In this document: positions 48,211 to 61,955 of the stretch, in pieces
Layout: the number at the start of each line of letters is the position of its first letter
How positions within the stretch are numbered: position 1 is the stretch's first letter
From: Torpedo marmorata
Lineage: Eukaryota
Assembly (NCBI GenBank): GCA_977017645.1
Contig: OZ360221.1
Coordinates: forward strand, 115,754,001 to 115,818,000
DNA length: 64,000 bases
Reading direction: 5' to 3'
The notes under the pieces: model-generated
Seen by the model: only the letters and a program-made list of their open reading frames with translations
The model's database searches: none
What the model was told of the DNA's origin: nothing
Position numbers and translations under genes: made by a program

Positions 48211-51200
48211 CAAGTTTTTCTTTTCTCATGAGATCGTACAAAGGTGAAAAAATAGTAACGCCAACGGATGCTGGATTTTTTTTAACTTTCTGCCACTTAA
48301 TTTGGCTCCGTGAATTTCAATTCGGAAGCCACCGACTAGAAATTGAAGGCCCCGCTTATATCAGCGAACCTCGTAAAACCACTGTTGTTAATGGTAGAGA
48401 ACTAACATTGAATACGAAACATGAACCATTAGCTTTTTAGTCAGTGCAAAAATTTACAAAAGGAAAGTAAATGGAGAGTCGGAGATGAAAGTAGCGACCG
48501 CTTGATTTGAAATAAGCGATAGGTGCTAATTTGTTTTAACAAAATGCTGATATCATTTATTGCAACCATTATAATTTCCATGTCGCATTTACCTTGCTCG
48601 AAATTCTAAGATATAAACTAAAAATATTACATATTATCAATGACCTAATGCTTGGATAATGTTACCTACTATGTCATAGCATGCATTTTACAACCTATAA
48701 TATATGTGAAATGTGACTTCCTCTCTAACGTATATGTTTCTGGATTTTATTGATATACCGAAGCACACGTGATTTAAATTATAACAGCCTATTGCGGTTC
48801 ATTTACTAGAAGTTCAACACTATCCGCCGCTTGGATGGGAGCTAATATATGCGACACCTTGCAATTAGAACATTTCGGATTCTTAACAGGCCATCTATAT
48901 TTTTAGATATCATAAAAGTTTAGAAAACTTACCGAATGTTTGTACAGTCTCAGCCTTTGCTTGTGGAAATGTTATTTCGGACAAAGTCTGCAATGAAATC
49001 GAGACACCATTACTTTCCACGTTATAGAAAGAAAAGCGCCGGGGAGTTAAAACCCTCGTTCAAGAACATCGACAAATTCTACATGAATTATTAACGGACA
49101 GAAACCAACCTAACATCTTGAATCAATTATATGAAGCTACAATGTTCCAATCAATAAGAAAATAACGTTCAAAATGTTAGGATCTTCTTGAATATTGAAC
49201 GGACTTTTTCCAAGTAAAGCATTTACCATGATCAAGTCTTGTAGATCTTCTGCCCGTTATCGCTAATAACGTATTTTATGTATGCATGTCTTTCCAAAAA
49301 GCATCTGTACTAACCTAAACTCTAATTGTTCTTTAATCATGTAAAACATAGTAAAACTGTATTATTTGTTTCAGCCATGTTAAATTTGCTTCAAGATTAG
49401 ATAGTGGATAAGAAAGTAACTGTAATTGAACTGCAATTAAATCTTTTACACCTTTATGATTTTTTGTCAAGTGTTTGCATTTAATATCGGGTTGAGAGTG
49501 TTGCAATAAAAACGGCAGATGGAACACATCAATTGAACTGAACAAATAAAATCGTGCTTTCAGATTTAAAAAAATGCCAACTACGGCAATGACCACTGCA
49601 TGCACATGGTACGTTGTGTGGCATTATTGTTTGCAAAGTCATGATAGTCGTCAAATCATGATAGTCTTCTACTATTCATTTAAAATCGCTTAGCATTGAA
49701 TAGATCCCAGAAACGAACTTTACTCATTGGCGATTTTTTTAAACATCACTACCCACCTCCCACTCTCCTCAACCCATGAAATCCCTCACACCCATCCCAC
49801 TTTACATTTGGCTTAATTTTGCACGATTGGTAGAATTACTGTAGGATACTGATCTAGCTATCAATAATTGCCAATGTGATTTGTCATACATAAAAAGAAG
49901 TAAAGCATTCGTTAAAGAAGATTGCATTGACATGGCTGTCCCAGCACACCAAAAACATAAATCAAATCGCAGCACCCTGACCTTTTCTGAGCAGGACTCA
50001 CTGGTGGATGCAATTTTTTATAACATTTGCACCTCCAGCATAACATAACGCATCTTTTCCTGCTTTTGTTCATCGCGCATGTATTCTTTAAAAAATGGCA
50101 GTGTTGGTTTAGGTTGCATCATCTCTTAGTTTATTTCGTTAACTTCTTCATACAGTCAATATTCCGTCGCGATGACGGCCTGCTGTAAATAATCCCCCGA
50201 TAGAACTTGCTTCATACCTTGCGTTAATCAAACATTACCACCCTGATGATAAGGCAAATGTAGCAATGTTTTTTCGATCAACCATTGAAGAGCTTACTTT
50301 TTTCTTTGTTTTTCATGAAATCACAGTGCTACGTACAGCGAAATAGAAAATTCAATGCTCATTCATTAAGTGTTGTGATTCATTCCGATTTCGACAATTC
50401 ACACATATTAAGGATACCCCCCAGCAACGTAATTTCAAGGAGACAACAATTCTCAAACTAGCTGACAGGATTTTTAAAATGGACGATGAACCTTTCATTG
50501 GAGCTTGTTATATAATGAATAAAATGTTAGAATAAGTAAACCTACATTAATGCCCATGTGTTATAATAATAACTTTATTAATGGCTATTCTAGCCAGATA
50601 TATTGGCGTCGAATAAGGTATGATAAACATACATTGTTTTGTTTGTACCTATTCGGACGGAGAGCGGCCATTGACAGGATTTCAATATTCGATTGTTCAT
50701 GTTTTAAGGAACACAAACATGTGATCCGCACACTATTCTACAAAATAACTTTTTTTGTATTTACCATATGGAGAGAAAAAAATTACTGGCATGGATTATT
50801 CGCAGAAACAAACAAAAAATATGAAACTAAGCGTGCTCTGCCACAATATGACACCCGTAAGCCTTTCCACTGACCTTTGCCTTGAACAGCAATAACTCAC
50901 CATATTAATGAACAATCAACGGAAGCATTTGAAATACCTCAAAATAAAATCCATTCCGCTAAATGCAGCATCTCTCCCTGCTCGGATATATCCCTTCATG
51001 TGAAATCCAGCGCTCAGGGTGCAATCTCTTTGGAAGAAAATAGCTGGCTCTTAACAGAAAGTGGAAAAGCGTAATCACAGCCGAAGCCAGGCTAGGTCTC
51101 CGATCCAAATGCCACAATAATGCGCTGTATTATGTGCTCACGTGGTCATACGTCAACTTAAATCCTTTTATTTGAATTTGGAATATAATTAAAGGAATGT

Positions 51201-52683
51201 TTTTTTTTATCAGACAAAGATTAACTTTTTACCCAAGATATCCTAAGAAGTTTCTTAAGCCCTGTTTTGTTGTGAGTGCTGAAGGTTGTTCGGTGATGAT
51301 TCTTTGCAGTAAATCCGCGAGAAGGTAAGTTGGGTCGTTTGTGTCTCATGGTGTAAAATGTCTCAGTCCGGAGCTTGCAGGCTGAACTACTTCGAGCAAA
51401 AGAATCGCTGTTTCTAATGGATTAAAACTGGGGTCTGGAGTTGAAATCGATCTATAAAAAGAGAGCACTCTATATTTTCCACCAAAACAAGCAGGGAAGC
51501 CCCACAGCGGTTAAGTTTCGATGTGACTCTTCCTTTTCAGGGCGTGATTTTTCGAGCGCTATTGTATGGACTTGCTTAACACCCACACGTTACACTGAGC
51601 TAGTTATGGGAACTAGAAAAGGGTTGTATTTACCTGACAAAGGCAAAGCAGTCACCAAAAGTAAAGGTGATTTTAGTCAGTGCAGCGCAGGGTGAGGGTG
51701 AGACAAGGGTGTGATGATTCTGATTTTTCCTCAGTTAAATCGTAAATCGTGCCTGTGTGGACCTTAATGTAAAATGTATGTTTAGATGCTTTAGAGCAAT
51801 TAGGTAACGCGCAACATTTCTTGGGGGGGGGGTAAAAAGAATGCAAAATAGTTTCAACTTGATACTTGTTAATATTATTTAGGAAACTTTAAAGACAAGT
51901 AAGCAACTCTGTATTGATTAAATATAATTGAAACTCCAGAGCAACAGGGTTATTTCTTTAAGTACAACATACATTGAAAGTTCAGGGGCATAAACTATGT
52001 CCGAGAAAATATCGGTACACCTATAAATATTCCTGTGATTGAACTTATTAAAATACGTTTGTAGCACGGATTCGTAATTAACACCTTTCAATTCCAAACA
52101 CGTAAGTTCATCAATTTAAATTTATTTGTAAATCCCTACTTTCTTTTGTAAACTCTGTCTTGAACAGGTAGCTTTCATTATGTTAGTTTACTTTCTTTAC
52201 ATCCTTCCACTTATATCGCCTTGCTAGCTTTATTCCTCAGTCATTATTTGTCTATTCATTCTAATCCATTTTACACAATCTCTTAAAATCTCATTCTAGT
52301 TAGTGAGCATTGTCTAATGCTACAAATGGTGCAAAGTGGTTCTAAATGTTACACTCCAAAGTTTTAGGAAAACTCGCGCGCACCTTACGTTTTCAAATGG
52401 GCAATTGAGAAAAAAAGGGCAAATGATTGATGTCAATGATTGAGGTCGCGTGCTAATCTATTAAACTTTAAAACTTGGCAGACTTTGGAATGCTTGCACA
52501 CACTCCTGGTTTCTAACTCGAACCAAAATCCGTGCAGTAATCTTAAAAGGGCCGCAGTGGTACTTTTATCAGAGAGTAAAACATTAATGAGTTACTAGCA
52601 AACGCCTTGAAGTGGGTTTGAAAGAACTTAAGATACATAATTACAGAAATATATGATATAGTGCAACTAAATGTATAAATGAT

Positions 52684-52833
52684 NNNNNNNNNNNNNNNNN
52701 NNNNNNNNNNNNNNNNNNNNNNNNNNNNNNNNNNNNNNNNNNNNNNNNNNNNNNNNNNNNNNNNNNNNNNNNNNNNNNNNNNNNNNNNNNNNNNNNNNNN
52801 NNNNNNNNNNNNNNNNNNNNNNNNNNNNNNNNN
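52684..52833. other. Assembly gap (150 N)
   Basis: Run of N. Confidence 0.99.
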
Positions 52834-55800
52834 TCGGGACATGGGCGAGGTCAAATATTCGGCGCGGAAAAGTGAAGCAGGAGGAATTCATCCAAGCAAT
52901 GAATTCCCTCCAAGCTCATGTTGTTAGATGTTTTCCGATATCAGAATCTATTTCCATTGTAGGGATGTCACAAGCGACTTTTAAAAATATAAAATGTCAC
53001 CTTAAAAGATTCTAGAACATCACTTTTATCAACGCGTGCATTGTAACGAATAGGGATTGCAAATAAAGGGGCCTTCGGGCTTGACGATAAACAATGACTT
53101 CCCTTTCCTTAGGTCAAGTTTTAAGCCATCAATTACTAACTGGACTGGAATTTATCCTCTGTGCAGATAGACAGAGCTAAAAGAAATCTTATAGCTTACC
53201 TGACAATTCAGCCAAATCCAAACCAGCCTCAAAGGACAGATAAAGACTGCTGTGAAATTGATAATGTGCTTTACAGGGGGAAAGTTTCAATGCACACTGA
53301 AGATCCTACATTTTCGAAGTTATCCGGCTCTTTTTAATATGTTGCTCTGTGTTTGCTCCAGGCACATTTCCTTTCCGCAGACCTTTCTCAAAACAGAAAG
53401 GCCGGAGAATGAAGTTAGTCCCCTCACACTGATTCCACGTCCTGCAAGTGCTGAACTGTTTCCCTTCTAGGTTTCTGCAGCTGTCTGGGGTACTCGTTTT
53501 CTGTGAGATCTATGTATTAGAGAAAGAGGGAGAGAAAAAAAAGAGCCGGCAAACAAGCAGGGCCAAGCCAAAGTAAAAAAAAACCTTATGGAATCCGTTC
53601 ACGTGACTTAAAAATAATTGTTAGCAGAATCTGGATTAAATCTGGTTATTAACCGCAATACAATAAAGTTTCTGTGATTCATCGTCAGGCTAGTATGCTT
53701 GCAAACTGCCATTGCATTTATGCGATGTTGATTTAGGAAACAGCTGCACCAGAATTGAAGTCCCAATGCATTACTAAGGTAAGAGTGAAGCCTTGTAACA
53801 TGCAGAGTAAATGGGATTGCATTCCAAGCACCAACCACCGCCATACATTCATTGCTTCTTCAAAATAAAACAACTGTTTAGATGATAGTAATTTAAAAAT
53901 GTGAAACTTCGGAGAAATTTTATTGCATTGAAATCGCATAATAGGTCTCTGTTTGCTTCAAAACCAAACTATTTTGAACGAACATATTAGATAACAAAAT
54001 AACAGATAAACTGGAATTTCATACACATTTTGTTTATCCACATAAAGCTGGGTGAACGCGCGAAAATGTATAAAAAGAACGTTCTAACAAACGAGATATC
54101 CAAATAAAACAATAGCATTTGGTCCATTCTAACTGGTGTGAGCTTTGAAGGGAAGGTCTCTAAATATAAAGCACCTAAGTATCAATAAAATTCTGCTTGC
54201 TTTTATTTTAAGAGTGTCATATAAGAAACTAATTTCTCCATGCGGGTGCAATTGACAAACCCATCACAACAAAGCATTACGCTCGTGTAATTTATTGTAC
54301 CCCTCATTCCACACTACTCCAGTTATCAAACGACAGCTTAAACTAACCAGAAAATTTGAGTTTTCTTGTTACTTCTAAACTGGTAAAAGTCTGGCAACAC
54401 TATTTACTCGACTTACTGCGGGCTCCTTTATTACCATTAATACATTCGATTTTAAAGGGTCAACGGGTAGATACAAGATGCCTTTGCCGTTTTATCCCAA
54501 TCAATTCCTTTCTTGTGGATCTTTATTGCAAGCAGCCTCTTTAAAAAAATAAAATATAAACACGATTTCCCATTTTACGTGCTATTGAAAAATATCACAC
54601 CCCGGACGAGTATTATTGTTTCTGCAATCACAATGTTCTAATTCGAGGCGACCGTTAATGAATATTTACTTTTAAACTTTGTGGATCTCTTGCCTCTGAT
54701 GAACTGCAATTCAAATCGGAAATTCGGCGTATTTAGATATTTACATAAAATTGAAAAACAAGGGAAACGGAAATAGGCAGTGATGCTTCGATTTCCTTGT
54801 AAAACGGGTAATAATTAAACAAAGAAACATGGTGGTATTTTCAACCCCTTTCACTGCATGCTGTTGAATATAGCTGGGAAGTCGCGTGTTCGCTCCGATA
54901 AATTAGTGCAAATGAAATGGCTTGCTTCCTAACTTAAAAACATTGATTTTAGAGAGCTTTGCAATGGAGTAACATTAGGACCATAGAGAAAATGAAGAGG
55001 TAGTGCATAAAGCACTTTTATTTAACATGAAAAGGAACATAACTGCCCTGCGCAATTACAATTAGATTAGCTTTCCCTACCAATGTTGCTTCTGAAAATA
55101 TTGGAAATATAAATTATATTTAATAGTATCTCGAAGTTAGTTTTCCTGTAAATAGCCAGAGTTGTTGTACTTTTGATTTTACTCTGGGATTTTTAAAATA
55201 AATCAAGTTGTATGGTTGTGGCTCTAGTGAATTCTTTAAGGTTGCTGTGAACCCAAAACAAAGGAAGTACCCAAGGCTTTTGTTCCCTCAACTAAACACC
55301 AAAATGACACTCTTAAATGGCTCCATGACTACCTTTTGCGACTGGGCAATACATTTTAACATGGAAGGACTCAGCTCTGCGGAGAGCACACAACCTCTCG
55401 TCTTATAACAGAGTTTGAAAAATAAATGACATTTTCATTTAGTGTCCACTGATTCCGATGAAGTGCAGCACCAAACCACCTGTTAAATAAAATGAGTCTA
55501 CCTGAAACGAGATAAGGGATTTCAGCACTGCAAGTAATACATTTTTACCTCATAACTTCAGGCTCTAGCCCATCTCAAAGTCCAATTTGGTTATCCTGAA
55601 GCTAGTCTTGTTTCTGATGGAGAGCTCCAGATCTGAAAGAAGCATTTGTTGTTAAATTAAAGAATCGTGTATCGGTTGCCAAATAGTAACTCATTATATG
55701 GTTGTGCTGTTCTAATTTTAGGAGGTGGATCCAATTACAGAAGTGTTTTATTGGAATGCCAGGCCGGAAGTTCCAGCATTCTACCAGCCGGTATACTGTT

Positions 55801-58234
55801 GTAATTATCTTGTTTTGATTGATCATAACGAACAGTAGGAATAATAAAATATACTTGACTGGAGCGATAAGACATTTAATTAAGTGCTATGTACTTTTAC
55901 TAATGATCTTTTATTGTAAATATTAGGATCAGCACTTGATTATGAGTGCAAACAAATACACGTTTTATGAATGTCCTTTCGCCAGGTAACATCATCAAAG
56001 CTATCCATTAAATAAGAACAAGATTATTGAAAAGAATGAATGCATTCTCTCACGTGGACAAATTACGTCCACATAAGTTTAGAACTTGTTCGAACATCGG
56101 ATTGCAATAAATGAATAAAATATTTGAAAAATAGCAGGGTCAGAAATTTATGGTAAAATATGTTAAAGGCAGGTGCTTATTTACAACCCTTTAGTCTTAT
56201 ATGTATTGTCCAGTTCATGGTTGCACATTATATCTAGACACGTCAGGCAGTATACAGTTAGAATAAGTACTCCACTTTGTTCAGAATTACATATGTTAGT
56301 ACATTTGCTGGAGCACCATAACTCTGTCATTTATTGTAAATCGCTCAAATTAATGAATCATAGAGGAATTTAGCTGATACCTCTTCATTTCCAAAAGCTT
56401 CTGCCTACAGTTGCCTTTCAGTCCTGCGCATGCAAGAGATAGTGATTTATTAACGACAGGAAAATTGAACAAAGCAGCACAGCTACACCGTGGTATCCAG
56501 GCATACATACTGTGAACTAGAACATCATCATATGTGTTTGTATTTGTTGCAATTAATCATGAAAAAATCTAAAATATTACTGACACGCGAAAGACTGACT
56601 AAACACCATCACAGACATGCCGTGATTTAAATCTGAATACTAAAGGGCGCTATTCATCACATTTATGACAGTTTTAAGAAATAAAAAAAATCTTAAAACA
56701 TAAACAGAAAAAAGGACGGATCATAAAGACACTACTTACCAGAATTCTTAGCTGATTTGAGCCACTTCACTTTCTGAGACTGATCTTCCAATTATAGACT
56801 TATTTTTAAAGGAAAGTTCATTTTCACAGCAGACTGAAACCGATCTAGTGCGAATACTGACGACTACATATCTATTCCGGACTGGCTGCATTAATTATTT
56901 AATGAGTCACGTGACGAGAGAGATTAAAATTTCAATACATACACGGAGAAGACTCGTGACCCTTTATCTTGGAGTGTGGAGTTTTCTTTCTCTCTTTGCG
57001 CCCTTCTTGCTTGAATCTTTTTTGTTCGCGCTCTCTTTTAGTCTATGGATGCTCACTGGTAAGTTATAATGCAAAATGAGTGGCCTGTGCTGATCCCAGA
57101 TTTGACAGGTCCGCCATTTATGTCACCTACATTTTGAGCTGCCTCAGTCCAATATTCCTGGGCACTTCTTCAAGCTGCCTTCATTGTCCGCCTGACAGGT
57201 TGATATTGAAGCCAGTGTTACAGTACCCCGCATACATAAAAGTCACATGGAAGTCTAACTCTTTCATATGTGATTTTACATCCCATAAGGCTGTTAAATT
57301 TGACACCGAATCGACCCTCACTAGCCACAGTCGATATTTTATTATATAACCCAAAATATGTACTGGGTTTTAAATTATGTCTGGAGTTCTTCGGGACTCT
57401 ACGATTACTACAGTGCACAGAATAGTTATTTCAAATGTGACAATGAACATTATGCTTCAAAAACAGTCGAGTTAATTATAGCCCCAGCACATTTAATAGT
57501 TGGTGACAATTTTTATTGCTATTCTAGTTATGCTTTCAACTCAGATCGTACTGTCCTGAGTCCTTTATGATCATACACGATTTACATCCTTTTACATGTT
57601 TCGAATGAAGAAATATTTGTAATCATTTTATTAAATTACCATTAACTCTCTAAAATTTGGCTGCAAATTGCCCTGGGTGCCAATATAGTATCAGGACGGT
57701 AAACGCATGTTTAGTTTTTTTTTAAAGTATGAGTTATTCTCTTCAATAATCGGAACAATGGAGTACTCTCACGATTGTAAATGAAAGATTGGATCCATTC
57801 TCTAAAGCCATTAACTGCAAAAGTGTTATTAACTAAACTATTCAAAACAACCATTGCTTCTTATCACGTGGAACTTTCCAAGCTTGGAAATAAATCTTCG
57901 ATATTTTTTTCTTGACATAAGCACACGCCACACACTTAAAACTTTAGGTTTTATATATATCTCTGTGTGCGTGTATCCATGTTTGCGTGCATATGTGTCC
58001 CTGGGTGCGTGTGTGTCAGTGAGCATTCGCGTGTGCGTAATATTAAATATCGCCCTATACTTAAAAATAAATGTAATACATATTGTTTAGACATTTATGA
58101 TAATGGACTGTATTCCTTTGGTTCTTATCTGCGGGTATAGGAAATAGTGGAAAGAGCACTGTCCATCTTTTAAAGGTCAAGGGTTTGAGAGGGTCAGTCT
58201 GCAACGCTAAAAATGGCTAATCGGTCAGAAAATT

Positions 58235-58251
58235 TGTCCTCTTGCTGAACT
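58235..58251 (-). promoter_or_regulatory. Hox4 3' DR5 RARE (early neural enhancer type)
   Basis: Minus strand AGTTCA-gcaag-AGGACA, about 2.5 kb 3' of the HoxA4 stop. It has the same half-sites as Hoxa4/Hoxd4 3' RAREs ((A/G)GTTCA-n5-AGGACA). Confidence 0.8.
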
Positions 58252-60736
58252 CACTCTGGTTGCCCAGCCGTTGACAAACAATGCAACTTTTTATTACAAA
58301 AGACCGTTCGATTTACAATAAACTAAAAACATCAAAGAGAAAGAAAAAAAGATTGCAAACGGCGTTTCATGTGCTAAAGGCACTTAAAGTTTTGGTCATA
58401 TAAAATATGAGCTATAATCAGCTTGCACTTTCCAAAACTGTTTTTACATGTTGTAAATTATTGTTCGCCTTTGAAAATATGTGTTTTATAATTTCCTGTT
58501 GTAATAAACGTGGTCTAGCTAAAGCTCCACAACTGTTCCAAGAGTGAAGGGAGGGGGAGCACGGTGTGTGTCGAGATGGCCACATTTTATTCAAGAGATC
58601 CAATGTGTTCATACACTTTTCTAAAAGAACACCCTTCAGAGTTGCTGTTGAAGTACACAAAGAGGTATTTATTGAATGAGGTGATTAATGATTCTGGGTA
58701 AAATCTGTTATTTTCAATCTGTTTAAAATTCCTTTTACAGATAAGCAAGCACGGTTGTCTAATGGATGAAGTTTCTCATCGCTTTTTTTGCCTTTTTAAA
58801 ATTCGTCTGCAGTGGTCGTAAAGCTATTTTACAAAGCCATATTTTTATAAAATTTATGTTTGACATGAGCACTAGCTGCTTCCAATTCCTTAAAAAACAA
58901 CGTGCTTTGACAGATTGCGGCAAAATGCATCTTTAAAAGAAGTTTCAAATGTCAAATTGTATATATTTTTGTTCAATTCCTGGCAAACATTCTGTCTACT
59001 TTATTTATGATAAATATTTGCATAACTACAGTCTTCCAATTTGTAGACAAAATAAATTTGGGAGGAAATGCATCTAACATGATTATTACGTTTCCCTCAC
59101 CACTCACGTAACGCATTCTGCACATTGATATTGTTTGTTCTCATTATCTACATAATTTGCAGAGAAAAATAAAAATAGAGAAGGACATGTTGTTGTGTGA
59201 ATTTTAACCATTGTTATGACAAAAGCATGTATCCAAATCTATATCAGGGTTTGAAGAACGCGTCGTTTGTTATACAAAAATGTTCCCAGTACGCTGTTTT
59301 TTTAGAATCTCTAATATCTGTGTTATCAAACAGAAAATATAATCGAGCAGATGAGATTGTCATAATATTAAAAATCTTCAGCTACGTCTTTGTGTTTAAC
59401 AAATTAACAAAATTGTGTCAGTGTAAATATTCGCTTATTTACTCCCGCAATTTCTGTTTTCCTTGCCAGATAGAACAGATATAATTGTAAATACTGTTCG
59501 TGTTTTTAAAGTTAAAATCTCTCTGATCCAAGAATGTAAAGTCAACCTAAAATAATTTCACATGATTACACTTCCTTCCAGGATCAGAGGTTTAACAATT
59601 AGGGCTATAAAATACCTTATTCGCCACCTTGCAGATGACTTATTATTTGATAGCCTCACATTTTACTGCATTATTTACGACCTAGTGACGTAGAACTTGA
59701 TGTGGAAAGACTGTAGAAAGATGAATTATAGATTCAGATAACAATTTATCCTTTTTCGCTGCTATTCTTTGAAATAACACGATATTTTTTGCTTTTTTTT
59801 CAGAAAGCTGCATTTTTTTAGCTCACCAATGTGATCAAAATAAAAATCACTTCAATGTTTTGGAGGGGAAGGAATTCCTTGCTTCCGTGTGTTTATTAAA
59901 TCCTGACTGCAAGAAAATTGTACACATAAGAACTGAAATGGTCCACGAATTAACGTTTTATTTAAAGCCCGGGGCTTTGTTTTACACTGTAAATTATGTC
60001 TTTCGTCTTCGCAACATTTGGCACTGCACATAGCACACTGAAATATCCACAGAAAATACACAAACCTTACCAATGATTTGTACAGTTTCGTCACTCTTGG
60101 ACTGTACCAAAATTATTAAATATACAACAACTTGTCTGAAATCTCTGAATAAGCTCCTTGCGCGTTCGTTATACTGATATCAGTACCACAACTATATAGA
60201 GGATACAGATTTAAAATAAAGAATACACCTTAAATAACGCTGGCGACATAATTTATTTCCTATATATGTAGCATCTGAACAGTTTATTCGCTCTACAATC
60301 CATTTCCACATCCACAAATATTGCTGCCTTTCTCATTTCTAAAACATGTTTATTCTTATATTCTCACAATATTTTCAACAGACTACACTAGTTGAAATGA
60401 TGACGCTTTACAGTTCCTCGCAATATCTATTATTCACGGTCCTTTGCTCTTTTTGCTTTGAATATCATGATAGAAACCACTTTGACAGAAGTTAGCATCG
60501 GTTCATGTGGGGGTAATGAAGGATACAGAATGTACCCAATCAAACATAAAACATTTTAAAAGTCTGCTGAGAATGGGTTAACACAATAGAAATGCTTGAC
60601 CCTAATGAGGTTAACAGCATATCTCCTGGAAGAAAATTCTCGTTACAAGAAATCCTTCCCCATTCAAGTCAATTATGTGGCAAACACATTTTGGTCCAAA
60701 CTATGTTGTGGGAGAGGGGTTGGAGACTCGAAGCAG

Positions 60737-61062
60737 CTATAGGCTTGATGAATTTGGTGCTGAACCATCTGGCTGTGGGCCCTGGGAGGATACTTGTGTT
60801 TGCTGGCTTGCAGAAGATGATGAGCTAGCAGAACGCATCTTAGTGTTAGGCAGTTTGTGATCTTTCTTCCATTTCATTCTTCTGTTCTGAAACCAGATCT
60901 TCACCTGGCGTTCAGACAGGCAAAGAGTGTGTGCAATCTCAATGCGTCGACGCCTGGTTAGGTAACGGTTAAAATGGAACTCCTTCTCCAGCTCTAATAC
61001 TTGTTGTCTGGTGTAAGCAGTTCGAGACCGTTTGGGCTCTCCTCCAGTGTAATTTGGGTTCA
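60737..61062 (-). CDS. HOXA4: HoxA4 exon 2 (homeodomain)
   Basis: Acceptor tttgttcag|TG, then [78 protein letters not shown]. The joined CDS is 744 nt (247 aa). Confidence 0.97.
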
Positions 61063-61271
61063 CTGAACAAAAAAAAAAGTAACCAAACATAAATACAGAG
61101 ACAGGCACGAATCTGACAATGGGATTAGATGCACGTGAATGAAGGTTATAAAAGTCTAGAGTTTTTGTCACAGTGTAATGACAACGGAGAACAATCTACT
61201 GCAATAAAATGGCTCTGGGTGTTTAGGTTAGAAAAGCATCAAAGACACATGGCCAGAAGCAAGATCCAGGG

Positions 61272-61299
61272 CAATCAAATTTATAGGCTCTGTAATTAC
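61272..61299 (-). promoter_or_regulatory. Hox4 intronic HB-1 homeodomain-binding element
   Basis: Minus strand GTAATTACAgagccTATAAATTTGATTG, the TAATTA...ATAAA cluster conserved in group-4 introns. Confidence 0.65.
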
Positions 61300-61412
61300 C
61301 GACCTAACAGTTAGGTGATCGTAAATCTCATGAAAGGGCGAGTTACAGAAAGCGTTCCGCACATCCGATTTCAAGTGAATTTTAATTGTTTCAGTTAGCT
61401 TTAGTTACTTAC

Positions 61413-61830
61413 CGGTAGTAACGTGAATTTTCTTCATCCACGGGTAAACTATGGGCTCTTTGCTGAGAGTACCCTTCTGGGCCGTGGGATTTTTCGCATT
61501 TTGGCTACACAAAGCTGGTGTGGCTACTGGGACCACTTCACAAAGCTGGTTCTGCCTCGGTATGTGATTTTGGAGGCGAGCCTGCGACTGCATATGACCC
61601 CTTTGCGACATGTCTTGGTTGCCAGTGCCTTGGACATTGTTGAAGCTGTAGGTCGGCTCTGGGTAGTTTGATTGTGGGTATAGTGCCTCATGATGGAATC
61701 CAGTGTCCCGCGGCCGCTCGTAGTATTCAGGAGATTGGCTTGGTATGTAGTTATTTTGAGAATATTCCTCACAAGGTGGAAATTTTGGCTCAACGTAGTT
61801 GGAGTTTATCAAAAACGAACTCATGGTCAT
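61413..61830 (-). CDS. HOXA4: HoxA4 exon 1
   Basis: MTMSSFLINSNYVEPKFPPCEEY (EP is A4-type) and KEPIVYPWMKKIHV, with donor ACCG|gtaagt. Confidence 0.97.
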
Positions 61831-61955
61831 TAATTTCTGAAGTGCAAAATACTAATTTTTCTCGCGTTGTCGTTTTTCTGTTCCATAAAACCCTCCTACT
61901 TGCTGTCAAGTGTATAAAGTTAGCTGTTCATGTGATGTAACCAGCCAATGGGATG
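61831..61955 (-). promoter_or_regulatory. Conserved HoxA4 promoter/5' UTR
   Basis: CCAAT at 61945-61949, TGACAG, TTTATGG and the group-4 leader GAGAAAAATTAGTATTTTGCACTTCAGAAATTAATG. Confidence 0.65.

Noticed and set aside
52543-52927. ORFs containing X runs
   Set aside because: They are artefacts of the N gap.
61302-61316. 7-bp inverted repeat ACCTAAC-A-GTTAGGT in the HoxA4 intron
   Set aside because: It is short enough to occur by chance in 64 kb, and a 1-nt loop is too small for a hairpin.
29204-61830. Assignment to HoxB, HoxC or HoxD
   Set aside because: The N-termini ([44 protein letters not shown]) and the complete 1-2-3-4 set fit HoxA.
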